DNA from: Vicugna vicugna
Taxonomy: Eukaryota
Length of the DNA stretch: 64,000 nt
Direction: 5' to 3'
Assembly (NCBI GenBank): GCA_013265495.1
Contig: MU061814.1
Location: 5,521,684-5,585,683 of the forward strand
Made by a program: the position numbers and the translations under genes. A model generated the notes under the pieces. That model was not told the DNA's origin. It was given only the letters and a program-made list of their open reading frames with translations, and did not search any database. The stretch's first letter is position 1. Each line of letters starts with the position of its first letter. This document shows positions 45,601-57,303 of the stretch, piece by piece.

Positions 45601-46183
45601 ACCTGGCGCCAGAAAACCCACTGAGTCTTTAGAGGAAGGGCTGTCTGGCAGGGTCTGCAGCCGTCTGAGCGAACCTGGTCAGTGCTTTGGGGAGGCTCAG
45701 GGCTAAGTGTGCAGGAGCTGGGAAAGTGGCCAGAGCAGCAAGTGTCAGTCCAGGACGCCCACTGAAATCTGGATTTCAGATCACCAACAAACACGTTTTC
45801 AGTGTAAGTCCATGCCGGGCAGTTATCTGGGGCAAAATCTCACAGCCTGCTGTTATCGGGCAGCCCCAGCTAGGGTGTCCAGCCAGGTGGGCGGGGAAGC
45901 CTGCTGGTTTCCAGGAGGGGTTTGTCCTCGGGCACCACCTGGCATCCGGGGCGGCCATTCCGAGTGGGGCAGGCGGGCGGGGTCAGGCTCTGGGCCAGCA
46001 GTGTCGGGGGAGAGCTGTGCGGACCCCGGCGCCCCCGGAGCTTTGGTGCATTAGTGCATGCAGTGTGCAGGGAGCAGGTCACGGTTCAGATCAGTGCTCA
46101 CCCCAGAACGAGGGGGCAGCCGTCCAACTGGAACGCGCTCCCGTGGCTCCAGACCACAGTTCAGCCCACAGGCCTCGCCCACC

Positions 46184-47712
46184 GACGTCTGCCGGTCTCA
46201 TTTAATGAGTGATTTTGGATTAAAATGGGAGCCAATGACAGGGCCCTGGTCTATCGTAAATCTCCACAAAATGAAAATTGCAAAGATTTACTTAGGGTCG
46301 TTACAGGAGGAAATTTAATCACTGCCCCATCTATAACGTCGTCCCCTCGCCGCGGACAGATAACTGAGCTGCCACGTGGGGATTACGGATGCCTCCTGTT
46401 TATGAGGTCAGCTTCCCGCTGACATCTGGGGCCTGGGCGCACGGAGGTCGGGGTCACATGCAGCCGTGGTTCACTGTGGCATCAGCGATTCACCCTGGCC
46501 ACAGCCCTTTCAGCTCACTTTGCTTATTGAAGACGTCTCCAGATTTTTCTCTGTCAAAAAAGTGTGACAGGAGGCAAAAGCTGAGATGAGACGAGTAGAA
46601 AACCGTCTACCGTGTCCTGATTCTGTGGCGACAATGCCCCGTCCCGTGCATCTCCTAGCGATGAACCGACTGCACCCACCAGTCTGGGACCCTTCTCATT
46701 TGTAGAAGCGCCTCCTGTTTCCCTAGGCGCTCCACGGTTTCCCTTGGCTGGTTTCCATCCCCTGGTTCCCAAGGAGGGGCTGGGCGTCTCCAGGTTAACA
46801 GTAACTGACAGGCAGCTCAGCGGCAGCCCTGGGCGCTGCGCTTATGGGAAAGTGATATCACGGGGCACCTGCCCGCCAGGCCCTGACGCGGCCCCGCCCC
46901 GACCACGGCTGCCACCTTCATTTAATCAGTGCTTACAGGGCGCCCACTGCACACCCGTGCTGTCCCGGGTGCCTCAGTGCCTCCTCGTCCGAACTCTCAC
47001 AGCCCTTCCTGTCGGGGAAACCGCTGTGGACGGCGGGGTGCGGTGCTGCGGCTTTAATTGAGAGGATGTGTTTGTGGAAAGAGGAAGAAACGAGGGGGAC
47101 AGTCACGGAGCAGTCGGCATCCTCAGCGTTGTGGACTGCCCGGAACTGCAGCCAGGAGCCCTCTTTGGAAATCTCGACACCAATGGGCTATTCCCAGAAA
47201 GAGGAAGGTTGGACCACTCACTTCATCCCCCGAAGCCACAGCGGTTCACGCAGGATCACTGGTGCAAAAATCAAGGTGCTTGAGTATTTGATCAGTGCTT
47301 AAAGGGCGTGACAACTTTCAGAGATTGTTTGCCCCCATGGTGGGCACAGGGGCCAATGGTGACAGCAACACAGTCTATGGGGGCAGGCACAGTGCCGAGG
47401 CTCGGGGGCCTCACACAGTGCCCCCAAATCTCCTGTGCTCCTGAGCTCACTGCCCCGTCTCGCAGACGGCAAGATCGAGGCAGAGAGGGAACCCTGGTGA
47501 GCTCACTAGGCTGATGAGAGAGGCCAGGCCCCAGACCTGTGCCCCCATTTAGAAGACATCCCCGAAAAGGCAAAATTACAGGCCGGAGAGCAGGCAGCAG
47601 CTCCAGGGTCAGGCGAGCACCCGAGGGCTTCTTGCACGAAGGAGATTCTGCGTCCCGACTGCCAGGGGCTCGTGCTGCAGGCGCTTACCAGCGTTCAAGG
47701 AACTGCACGTGG
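46184..47712 (+). repeat. 1,529-bp duplicated segment, copy 1 (ends at gap)
   Basis: Matches 48128-49656 at a constant offset of 1944; six substitutions found by eye, no indels. Confidence 0.98.
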
Positions 47713-48127
47713 NNNNNNNNNNNNNNNNNNNNNNNNNNNNNNNNNNNNNNNNNNNNNNNNNNNNNNNNNNNNNNNNNNNNNNNNNNNNNNNNNNNNNNNN
47801 NNNNNNNNNNNNNNNNNNNNNNNNNNNNNNNNNNNNNNNNNNNNNNNNNNNNNNNNNNNNNNNNNNNNNNNNNNNNNNNNNNNNNNNNNNNNNNNNNNNN
47901 NNNNNNNNNNNNNNNNNNNNNNNNNNNNNNNNNNNNNNNNNNNNNNNNNNNNNNNNNNNNNNNNNNNNNNNNNNNNNNNNNNNNNNNNNNNNNNNNNNNN
48001 NNNNNNNNNNNNNNNNNNNNNNNNNNNNNNNNNNNNNNNNNNNNNNNNNNNNNNNNNNNNNNNNNNNNNNNNNNNNNNNNNNNNNNNNNNNNNNNNNNNN
48101 NNNNNNNNNNNNNNNNNNNNNNNNNNN
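47713..48127. other. Assembly gap (415 N) between the duplicated copies
   Basis: N run. Confidence 0.99.
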
Positions 48128-49656
48128 GACGTCTGCCGGTCTCATTTAATGAGTGATTTTGGATTAAAATGGGAGCCAATGACAGGGCCCTGGTCCATCG
48201 TAAATCTCCACAAAATGAAAATTGCAAAGATTTACTTAGGGTCGTTACAGGAGGAAATTTAATCACTGCCCCATCTATAACGTCGTCCCCTCGCCGCGGA
48301 CAGATAACTGAGCTGCCACGTGGGGATTACGGATGCCTCCTGTTTATGAGGTCAGCTTCCTGCTGACATCTGGGGCCTGGGCGCACGGAGGTCGGGGTCA
48401 CATGCAGCCGTGGTTCACTGTGGCATCAGCGATTCACCCTGGCCACAGCCCTTTCAGCTCACTTTGCTTATTGAAGACGTCTCCAGATTTTTCTCTGTCA
48501 AAAAAGTGTGACAGGAGGCAAAAGCTGAGATGAGACGAGTAGAAAACCGTCTACCGTGTCCTGATTTTGCGGCGACAACGGCCCGTCCCGTGCATCTCCT
48601 AGCGATGAACCGACTGCACCCACCAGTCTGGGACCCTTCTCATTTGTAGAAGCGCCTCCTGTTTCCCTAGGCGCTCCACGGTTTCCCTTGGCTGGTTTCC
48701 ATCCCCTGGTTCCCAAGGAGGGGCTGGGCGTCTCCAGGTTAACAGTAACTGACAGGCAGCTCAGCGGCAGCCCTGGGCGCTGCGCTTATGGGAAAGTGAT
48801 ATCACGGGGCACCTGCCCGCCAGGCCCTGACGCGGCCCCGCCCCGACCACGGCTGCCACCTTCATTTAATCAGTGCTTACAGGGCGCCCACTGCACACCC
48901 GTGCTGTCCCGGGTGCCTCAGTGCCTCCTCGTCCGAACTCTCACAGCCCTTCCTGTCGGGGAAACCGCTGTGGACGGCGGGGTGCGGTGCTGCGGCTTTA
49001 ATTGAGAGGATGTGTTTGTGGAAAGAGGAAGAAACGAGGGGGACAGTCACGGAGCAGTCGGCATCCTCAGCGTTGTGGACTGCCCGGAACTGCAGCCAGG
49101 AGCCCTCTTTGGAAATCTCGACACCAATGGGCTATTCCCAGAAAGAGGAAGGTTGGACCACTCACTTCATCCCCCGAAGCCACAGCGGTTCACGCAGGAT
49201 CACTGGTGCAAAAATCAAGGTGCTTGAGTATTTGATCAGTGCTTAAAGGGCGTGACAACTTTCAGAGATTGTTTGCCCCCATGGTGGGCACAGGGGCCAA
49301 TGGTGACAGCAACACAGTCTATGGGGGCAGGCACAGTGCCGAGGCTCGGGGGCCTCACACAGTGCCCCCAAATCTCCTGTGCTCCTGAGCTCACTGCCCC
49401 GTCTCGCAGACGGCAAGATCGAGGCAGAGAGGGAACCCTGGTGAGCTCACTAGGCTGATGAGAGAGGCCAGGCCCCAGACCTGTGCCCCCATTTAGAAGA
49501 CATCCCCGAAAAGGCAAAATTACAGGCCGGAGAGCAGGCAGCAGCTCCAGGGTCAGGCGAGCACCCGAGGGCTTCTTGCACGAAGGAGATTCTGCGTCCC
49601 GACTGCCAGGGGCTCGTGCTGCAGGCGCTTACCAGCGTTCAAGGAACTGCACGTGG
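48128..49656 (+). repeat. 1,529-bp duplicated segment, copy 2 (starts at gap)
   Basis: Direct repeat of 46184-47712; ORF-track entries recur at +1944. Confidence 0.98.
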
Positions 49657-49860
49657 TGGGGGGGGGTTTCTGTGTAAATTACCCGTCAATAAGCCTGACT
49701 TGAAAAAAGTCCAATTACAGGTGATAACAAAGTTCTGGAAGTAGAAGGTGGGGATGGTTGCAAGACACTGTGAATGTGTTTAACGCCCCTGAACTGTACA
49801 ATTAAAAACGGTTAAAACGGCAAATTTTATGTGAAGCATGTTTCCGCACAAAGAAAACAA
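49490..49860 (+). mobile_element. L1M 3' end fragments, sense
   Basis: atttagaagacatccccgaaaaggcaaaattacagg... and aaagttctggaagtagaaggtgggatggttgcaagacactgtgaatgtgtttaacgcccctgaactgtac are typical L1M 3' ends. Confidence 0.8.
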
Positions 49861-52800
49861 AGAGGAAGCAGTGGCTCCGGGAAGAATGAACGGACGGCCC
49901 CTCTGGTCGGCTGCCCCGCGGCTGCTCCACCTGCAGGCTTGTCGGGCGGCCCCAGGGGGCCTGGGATGCAGGGCAAAGTGCCACCGAGCTTGTGGTCCCA
50001 GGCATGGAGCCGTGCAGCCGCTGACCTCGCCTGGCCCCGAGCATAGCTGGCGCTGACAAGGCACCGTCCCTAAGCCCGTGCTGGGGCCGCCGGCTCAGTC
50101 CTCGGGGCAGCTCCGTGCCCGCGGCTGCATCACCAGGGTCCCTGGGTGGAGGGGGGACCGGGGGAGCCGGCTCTGCCATCCTGGCCCTGCTGGGGCCCCT
50201 GGCCTGGTTGTTCATTTGTAATTATTTTGGAAACGTTGGTTCACCTTCACGGTGGGCGGCGAGAAGGGGGAGCAGTTGGAAGCTGAGCGATTCCTTTTTA
50301 ACGATGTGTTTAGCGGCTCCGCGGGCTGTAATGAGGCTGCTTAGTGAAGTCGGTATCCTTGAAAGTTCGTCTGCGTCCCTCGTCTGTCAGCACAGCCACT
50401 TACCGACGCCGTGGTAATTAATCACACGGCCCCTGCAGCGGAGAGAGGCCGTCATGATAACGAACAGGTTCCGGGGATGCGCGGCCGCACCAAATCGCTT
50501 TTTAAACCAGCCCTATTAAGCAGAAAATTAGAGCGAGGCCACCCTGACAACATGCTCATCAGGAGGTGCTGGTCCCTGCCTACCTCTCGTTCCTACGTCT
50601 TCAATTAGCAGCCGCTGGCTGTCCTCCCTCTGCAGCCAGCTCCTGCCACTCCCGGGGCAACTCTCCAAGGGGGGCCTCCCCTCTGCCTCTGGTAAATCAG
50701 GATGGGGTGCGGGCTGAGTGGGGAGGGGCCGGCGCTGGGGACAACCAGGCTGCGCGACCCAGGAAGTGACTGCAGCGCTGGGAGTGCGGCCCCGCCCCCA
50801 CTGGGTAGCCCGCGGTGCCCCCTCTGCAGTCACTCCTGACTGTGGCCACATTCAGCAGTGCAGGCTCCCTGGAGCTCTCAGCGTGAGGACATCCTCTGAG
50901 ACCACGTGAACACCACCCCTCTCGGGTTCTGCCCGCTGCCCGCGTAGGGCCATCTCACCCACCTTCCAGAACAGCTGCACACAGCAAGGAGCCCCACCCC
51001 CACCCGCAGCAGGCCCGACGTGGCCTCGGCAGGGGGTGAACCTGTTCACAGCGTGACACGCATGTACAGGCACACACGTGCTCACACACGCTCACACGCA
51101 TGTGAGTTCAGGTGACTCAGGCAGAGAGCATGCTTGCCTGGCGTCCACCTGCCTCCAGGCTGTGCCGAAGGCGGCCGGTCAGCTGTCCTCCTGGATCGGC
51201 CTTCCCAGACCAGCCAGGCCTTCCCTGAGCCACGTGCAACCAGCACAGCACTGGGGGCAGTGACCAGGGTCTTGAGATCCCAGATTTGTGATATTTTAAG
51301 GAACACGTGTGACGGTTAGGGGAAGAGGGCTGCAGGAGAGAGAGGGGCAGAGGTACGGGGCGGGGCTGGGCTGGGGGCTGGGCTGGGGGCGTCATCTGTC
51401 CCCCCCTCGGGACAGCGCTTTTCACCCCTCCGGCAGGTCCCTCAGATAGAGGAGGCGCTGACACAACGCTCTGGAGGAACCAGCTGGTTCTGAGTGTCAC
51501 CAAGGACCCCACAGCCCGAGGAATGATTCCAGGGGAGAGGAGAGCAGTTACTTTTAAGTAGCAGCAGAAGGTAAAGGTTCTACATTTCTTTTCGGAACCC
51601 AGACTCCTGAATATAAAATAAACAACTTCCCATTTGCCTGTGATGTTTGAAAGGAAGGTACTGCCTTCCTAGAATCCTCAGCGCGTTGAGAGTCAGCGAG
51701 GACACTCGGCAGCCGGGCTGGTCAGTGACGGGCTAGGTAGGGGAGGAAGGGTCTTGAGACCAGTCTCCTCCCTTTGCAGTCTGGGTGCCACGGGCCCGCT
51801 GGCACCGGTGACTCACAGCCAGCGGAGTTTCTGCATCCCCGTTACTAGTACCTGTGGGTGGGTCCACTCCTGAGGGATGAGCTGGCCCTTCACCAGCTTG
51901 CGGTCAGTGGATGGTATCCAGGCTGCTCTGCACAAGCCATCCTGGGACCCGGAGTGACCCTGGCGGAGGGGACCTGGCTCCTGCCTGCAGGGTGACGACG
52001 TGGGTTGGGGTCACGCGAGCCCCTCTCTGGGCAGCTGGTTCCCGTCAGACCCCCAGGCAGATGTGGGCTGGGACCCGCCCTCGCTCTTGGCCCCGGTGCC
52101 CACCGCTCTGTCTGTGCGCACAAGGTGCAGAGGTCGCTTGTCCCAGGGACCTGGCAACGCTGGTGCTGTCTGTGGTCAAATGCAGGGAAGCGCTGAGAGG
52201 GCCAGGACACAGCTCTGGGCTGCGAGCCAGCCGGGCCCCGAGTGACAAAGGCGACAAAAACGCGTCCTGTCAGATGCTTCGTGGCTGTCGGAGAGCCTCG
52301 CGGGTCCTGCTTGTGTCTCAGGGTTTGAAGCCAGGTTCCCAGGCTGGCTATGGCCTCATTAGGGCAGCAAGAGCCGCCCACGTGGAACTAGGGAGACTGG
52401 GCTCCCGTCAGGCCGAATCAGGGCCCCCAGGAGAGCAAATGACTGTGGGCTCATCGCTGTAGACAGAGGCGGAACCAGGCCGGCTGGGCAGGCTGGGCTG
52501 TTTCCGACGCCCAGGCAGCTGCGCCTGAGAGTCCCCTGAGCCGGGGCCGGGCTCCCCTCCCGGGGCACCACCATGTGTGCAAGCCGGCTGCACCAGGTGG
52601 GGCCGGCACCCCATGCCCGCGAGTGTCATGGGGGACAGAGGCCACTGGCCAGGCCCATGTGTGGCTCTGCGCTGTGTCTGAGAGTCGTGCCCCCAGGAGA
52701 CACAGAGGAGGCCTTGGGGTCAGGGCAGGCCATAGCCACAGGTCTGCAAGGTGGGCCACAGAGCAGGAATGCCAGTTTATTCAGAGACGCCTGCATCTTA

Positions 52801-54419
52801 TGGGCCCAGCCCCTCCATGTTGACCTCCCGGATAATTCTGGCTGTCTTCCCACTCGGACAGCCACACTTAAAAGCAGCTTTTAAACTGTTATATGAATAA
52901 TCATGCCTCGGGCACTTGAGACTGGGAAGAAAACAGCATACATCACTTTTCAAAACAGAAAATACTCGATCAAAGGTAACTTGGCTAATTATTTCAGCCT
53001 TTCTGCATTTATGGTAATGTGGGCTTGGCTCCTCTGGGGTTAAATTTGCAAATGTGTCCAAACTTCCTGATTTCATGGACCAGACTGCAGATGGGGAGTT
53101 GGAACACGACGTCCAGAGTTATGAGCCCAAAGAGGTAATTGTTGGAGGAATAATTTAATACATTGTAAATCCCTCTATTTCCATCCCTTCAAATGGGATG
53201 CCAAAAGCGATTAAAGACTAAAAACATATCACAAGCAAATTCACATGATAAAATGGCTGTAATCACTCTCCGTGGGATTAACCAGGGCTCAGGAGCCTCG
53301 GCCCTGAGGCTGCAGGAGGAGTCCTGCCTGGCGGCCGGCTGGGGGAGAGGCACGGCCGGCTGTGCCGGTCAGAGCGATGGTTCTGCATTTCCCGTTTTAG
53401 GAAAACGGTACCTCTCCTTTCTGAGGAGGTATCTCTTCTTTTAACGTTTCCAGCCTGCAAGGAGACAGACAGGCGTGTTTGGCAAAGCCAGCGTCTGCAG
53501 CGGGACACTCACAGGTAAAACCAGGCTCCCCGAGGATTCTGTGGCATCTGCATAAGTGACAAACAAATCCCATCTTTGGGGATGAAATAAACAGAACGAA
53601 ACAGTGGAAGCCACGAGCCCGGCACGCGGGCGGGATGGCCTCTGCGTGGTCCGAGCTCCCGGTCCTTGAGGGCAGCTCTGGGTCTGGGAAGGGCCCTGTC
53701 CTGGTGGCTTGGGTGCCACCACCTACTACTGAAAGCAGGATGCTGTTTTAGGTGCATGAATTTCCAAACAGGGAAAACAAAGACCTGTCGGCTTCAAGAT
53801 TTCGGGCACCTTCAGAACCGAGAGCGCTGGGGCCGTGCCGGTCACGCAGATCAGTGACGAAGATGGGGTCCAGGGCCCTGGCTGAGCAACTTGCCTCTTC
53901 TGACCCTGGCCAGGGACCCCTATGGAGCCACCGGGCTGAGGAGCCAGCCCAAGCCCCCACGAGCCGGGCTTCACAGGCTCCTAACCTGAGTTGGCAGGAG
54001 TCCTGGTCTACAAGCTGTTGGGGCAGCAGCCAGTGTGGCCGAGCCCTTCATCTGTGGGGTCAACAGAGGAAGAGGCTCTGTTGGCTCAAGACAACCCCTC
54101 GGCCGCAGTGGGGAGGACCCCACTGTCGCTATGCTACCTCGAGGCTGGCTCCAGGCGTGGGTGTGGTTGGCCCGAGCCAGGCTGACGCACTAGGACCAGC
54201 GATTGGGGAGACACACAGCCTCCACTCCAGGTGGAGAACTCCTGGGGGCTCCTCTCGGCCCCCACTCTGCCCCGGCTAGACTTGGTGAGCCCGGACTGAG
54301 AGCATGACTAGGGCCACGTGCTTCCTGTCTGTCTAGCCTGCAAATGTATCCCCTGAACCGGTGGAGGTTACCTGCCTGGTGTGAAAGCCCGTGGCAAGCG
54401 CTCGGCTTTTCTATGACCT

Positions 54420-54730
54420 AGAGCAGTTTTCTCCACTGTGGCAGCCACGAGTCACACGCGGCCACCGGGCACTTGCCACAGGGCTGCTCTGAACCAAGAC
54501 AGGCTCTGAGTGCAAGACACACTGATTCTGGAGACTAGGAAAAAAAGGGAATATAAACTATTTCCCTAATAGTTTTAAAAGATTGATCACATGCTGAAAT
54601 GATAATAGGTAAGGCCACACTGGGATAAATAGTTAACACTAATTTGATCTGCTTCTATTTCCTTTCCGTACGTGGCCATGAGAACATGTAAAGTTCCACA
54701 CGTGGCCTGCACGCTGTCTAGGGGGCAGCC
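54420..54730 (-). mobile_element. MER33-like hAT-Charlie DNA transposon
   Basis: gattgatcacatgctgaaatgataata and cgtggccatgagaacatgtaaagttccacacgtggcc align to the reverse complement of MER33. Confidence 0.7.
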
Positions 54731-55706
54731 CCAGTTTCCAGGGCTTGTGTTAATATCTTGGTCCCGCGTGGAGCCCACGTGCTCTACCTCATCACAGCAG
54801 GTGCATCTTCCGTGCCTGAGAGGGACCTTGAAAAGGCTGTCCAGTCTGAGCTACAAGGAAAGCCCTTTCCTATTTCATTCTTCTCCCAGTGCCGGAGAAA
54901 GGAGAGCTCTGGGTTAGGTGCGGGGTGATGGGTTTTTTCAAGTTGATCCCCAGCAATTCCTGCCACCCCTGTAGCAGAGCAACCCTTCAGGGAAGACACA
55001 AGGACCCCCATCAGAAGTTTCCAGAGAGTCTCCCGCTTGCAAACAGGCAGTGCCAACAGACACCTTTGATTGGTTGTTTGGGGGCACATGGGCCCCAGGG
55101 AATCAGACCTTTCGTGCTGGGAAAGTTCCTCCAATGTTCAGGTTGTCTGAGAATGAGGAGTTTGCGGCCTAAGCTTGGGAGAGGCCGAATGACTGATTCT
55201 GACAGACCGTATGGTGTGATCAATGGTTGCTGTAAGGAAACGCACCGAATTTCACTTTGAAAAACGACCCACTCAACACCAGGGACCAGCACGCTGACGT
55301 TTTGGAGAACAATTGATAAACAGCTTTGTACTTCAAAAAAAAAGTGCTTAAATTTAATTTAACTTTTACTTAAATAAAGCTACCAGGGAGATTTAGGAGT
55401 ATATAAAGTACTACTTTAAATGGAGCAGTAAACAATGTTTTAACTGTTGCTTTTCACCTACGAGGGGCAGAGAGATTTTTTCCTTCACCTTTTTCTTACT
55501 ATTTTGTATATTTGATGAGTGGCTGTTTACAGATTAGTTTCCTGCATCTTAGAAATTTTTTTAGACTCTGTGATTTAGAAGCATGTGGCCCAAGTCGACA
55601 CTATTTGAAAATTGAAATTATCAGTTCAAGGCACAAATGAACATGATTTAATTTGATAGTAAAACTTTATCATATTATTTATGAAAATTAGATGAAAATC
55701 AAACAC

Positions 55707-55712
55707 TTTATT
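55707..55712 (-). terminator. Candidate BHLHE23 polyadenylation signal
   Basis: First plus-strand TTTATT (AATAAA on minus) I found downstream of the stop, about 1.6 kb away; unverified. Confidence 0.35.
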
Positions 55713-57303
55713 CTGAATATCACTGATGTACTAACCATGCGTGATTTTCACCAGTAAGAAACTGTTTCAGATTACAGCAAGTGATTTATAAAGCTGATCT
55801 GGTATCACTTTGAAATGACCCTAGAAGTTGGTGACACAGGTATACAGCTATCTAAAAGAGACTGAAACATAGTTTTCAGCACTCACTTTTTGAATGTGCA
55901 AAACTGATAAACTAATCTGTTATGGGGAAAAAAAGACAAGAAATAACTACGGAAATTAGCAAAAACCAGTATTAAGCATATGTCTTTATGAGTGAGACTT
56001 AATCACACACTTCATTTTGCAAATACAAAAGAGGCTTTTGAAATGTATTAATTAAAGTTAACTGCTGCAGACAGGCCGCTTTGTAGGACCGCGGTCTTCT
56101 CCCTATTAGCATAGCATTAAGGACAGCCGAGGAAATTGGGTTAATAAAGCTGGATATTGTAGCAGAGCTGCACCGGCACAAACCGGCGCGGACAGCTCGG
56201 TCCCCAGGGCACTGGCTCGGCCATGCGCGGCGCCTGGACCCGGGTGGTGGCAGAGTTCTGAGCTGCGCACTCACACAGACCCCATCATCACACCGACTTT
56301 AAAAGAGACCCCATCACCGTTGGTACCGGCCAGGGCGCAGCCCCCACCAGCGTACTCACCGTGTCCTGGTCTCCTCTCCTGGAAAAGTCGGGGTTGGGGG
56401 GGAGGGGGTTTGGCCGGTCAGCAGGGCTAGACAGGGCCCTCCCCTGCCACCCCAGGATCTCTCCTCTGCAGCAGCCTTCAAGCAGAGGACGCACCACGCT
56501 CTCCATCCAGCTCCGCCCAGGTCTCACTAGGGTGTAAAGGATCCGGTCGGGGCAGTGGGGGCTGGGGAGTTCAGGGGCTGTCTAGGGGACAAATCATGCA
56601 GACTTGGAGGCAGCCGGCTTTGGCGTCCGCTTACCTCTAGAGGTTAGCACCTCTAGGCAGGCAACATAAACAGCGAACTCAGACTTGGGAAAGCCGAAAA
56701 GCTACTGGCCCGGGGTCTTCTCGGGTCCGCAGTACAGCTCCTTTGCAAACGACCGTTGCCGGGTGGGTCGGGGCATCCCGCGTCTCGGCTTCTGCGGCGC
56801 GCGGGTTGTGGGCCCGCAGAGGCGGAAGGTGCCGGGGGAGCGGCGCGCTCTCGGGAACTCGCCCACCCAGAGCTCCAGTGTGAGGTCCACGACTCGCCAA
56901 GCCGGGCCGCGCTGTCCCTCGGGTGGCTCGGGGTAGGAACACCCGCCCGGGGTCGCACCAGTCCCCGCTCTCGCTGCGGCCCTGCTTTCCTTTTGGCGAG
57001 TGAGCGGCGGGGCCCGGACGATCACGGGTGGTCACCCCCGCCCGGTTCTTAAGGCCGACGGCTGGGGGAGTCGGGAGGGTGCCCAGTGGGCACTGAGGGC
57101 TCCAGGATTCCAGCACGGATTCCGGCGCCCCGCCGTCCGGCCCAATCCCGCGCCCAAACGGGGTCTGAGCTTCCCGCGGGCCCAAACTGTTCAGTGGGCC
57201 GCTTTCTGCCAGTGGGCGGGGTCCGGTTGGGGCAGGGTGACACAGTCATTGGGGACAAGGCAAAATGGAGGACGCGTGCGGAGGAGGGGTCGGCCCAGGG
57301 CCC

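Noticed and set aside
47539-48266. Long ORFs spanning the 415-N gap
   Set aside because: Artefacts of Ns translating without stops.
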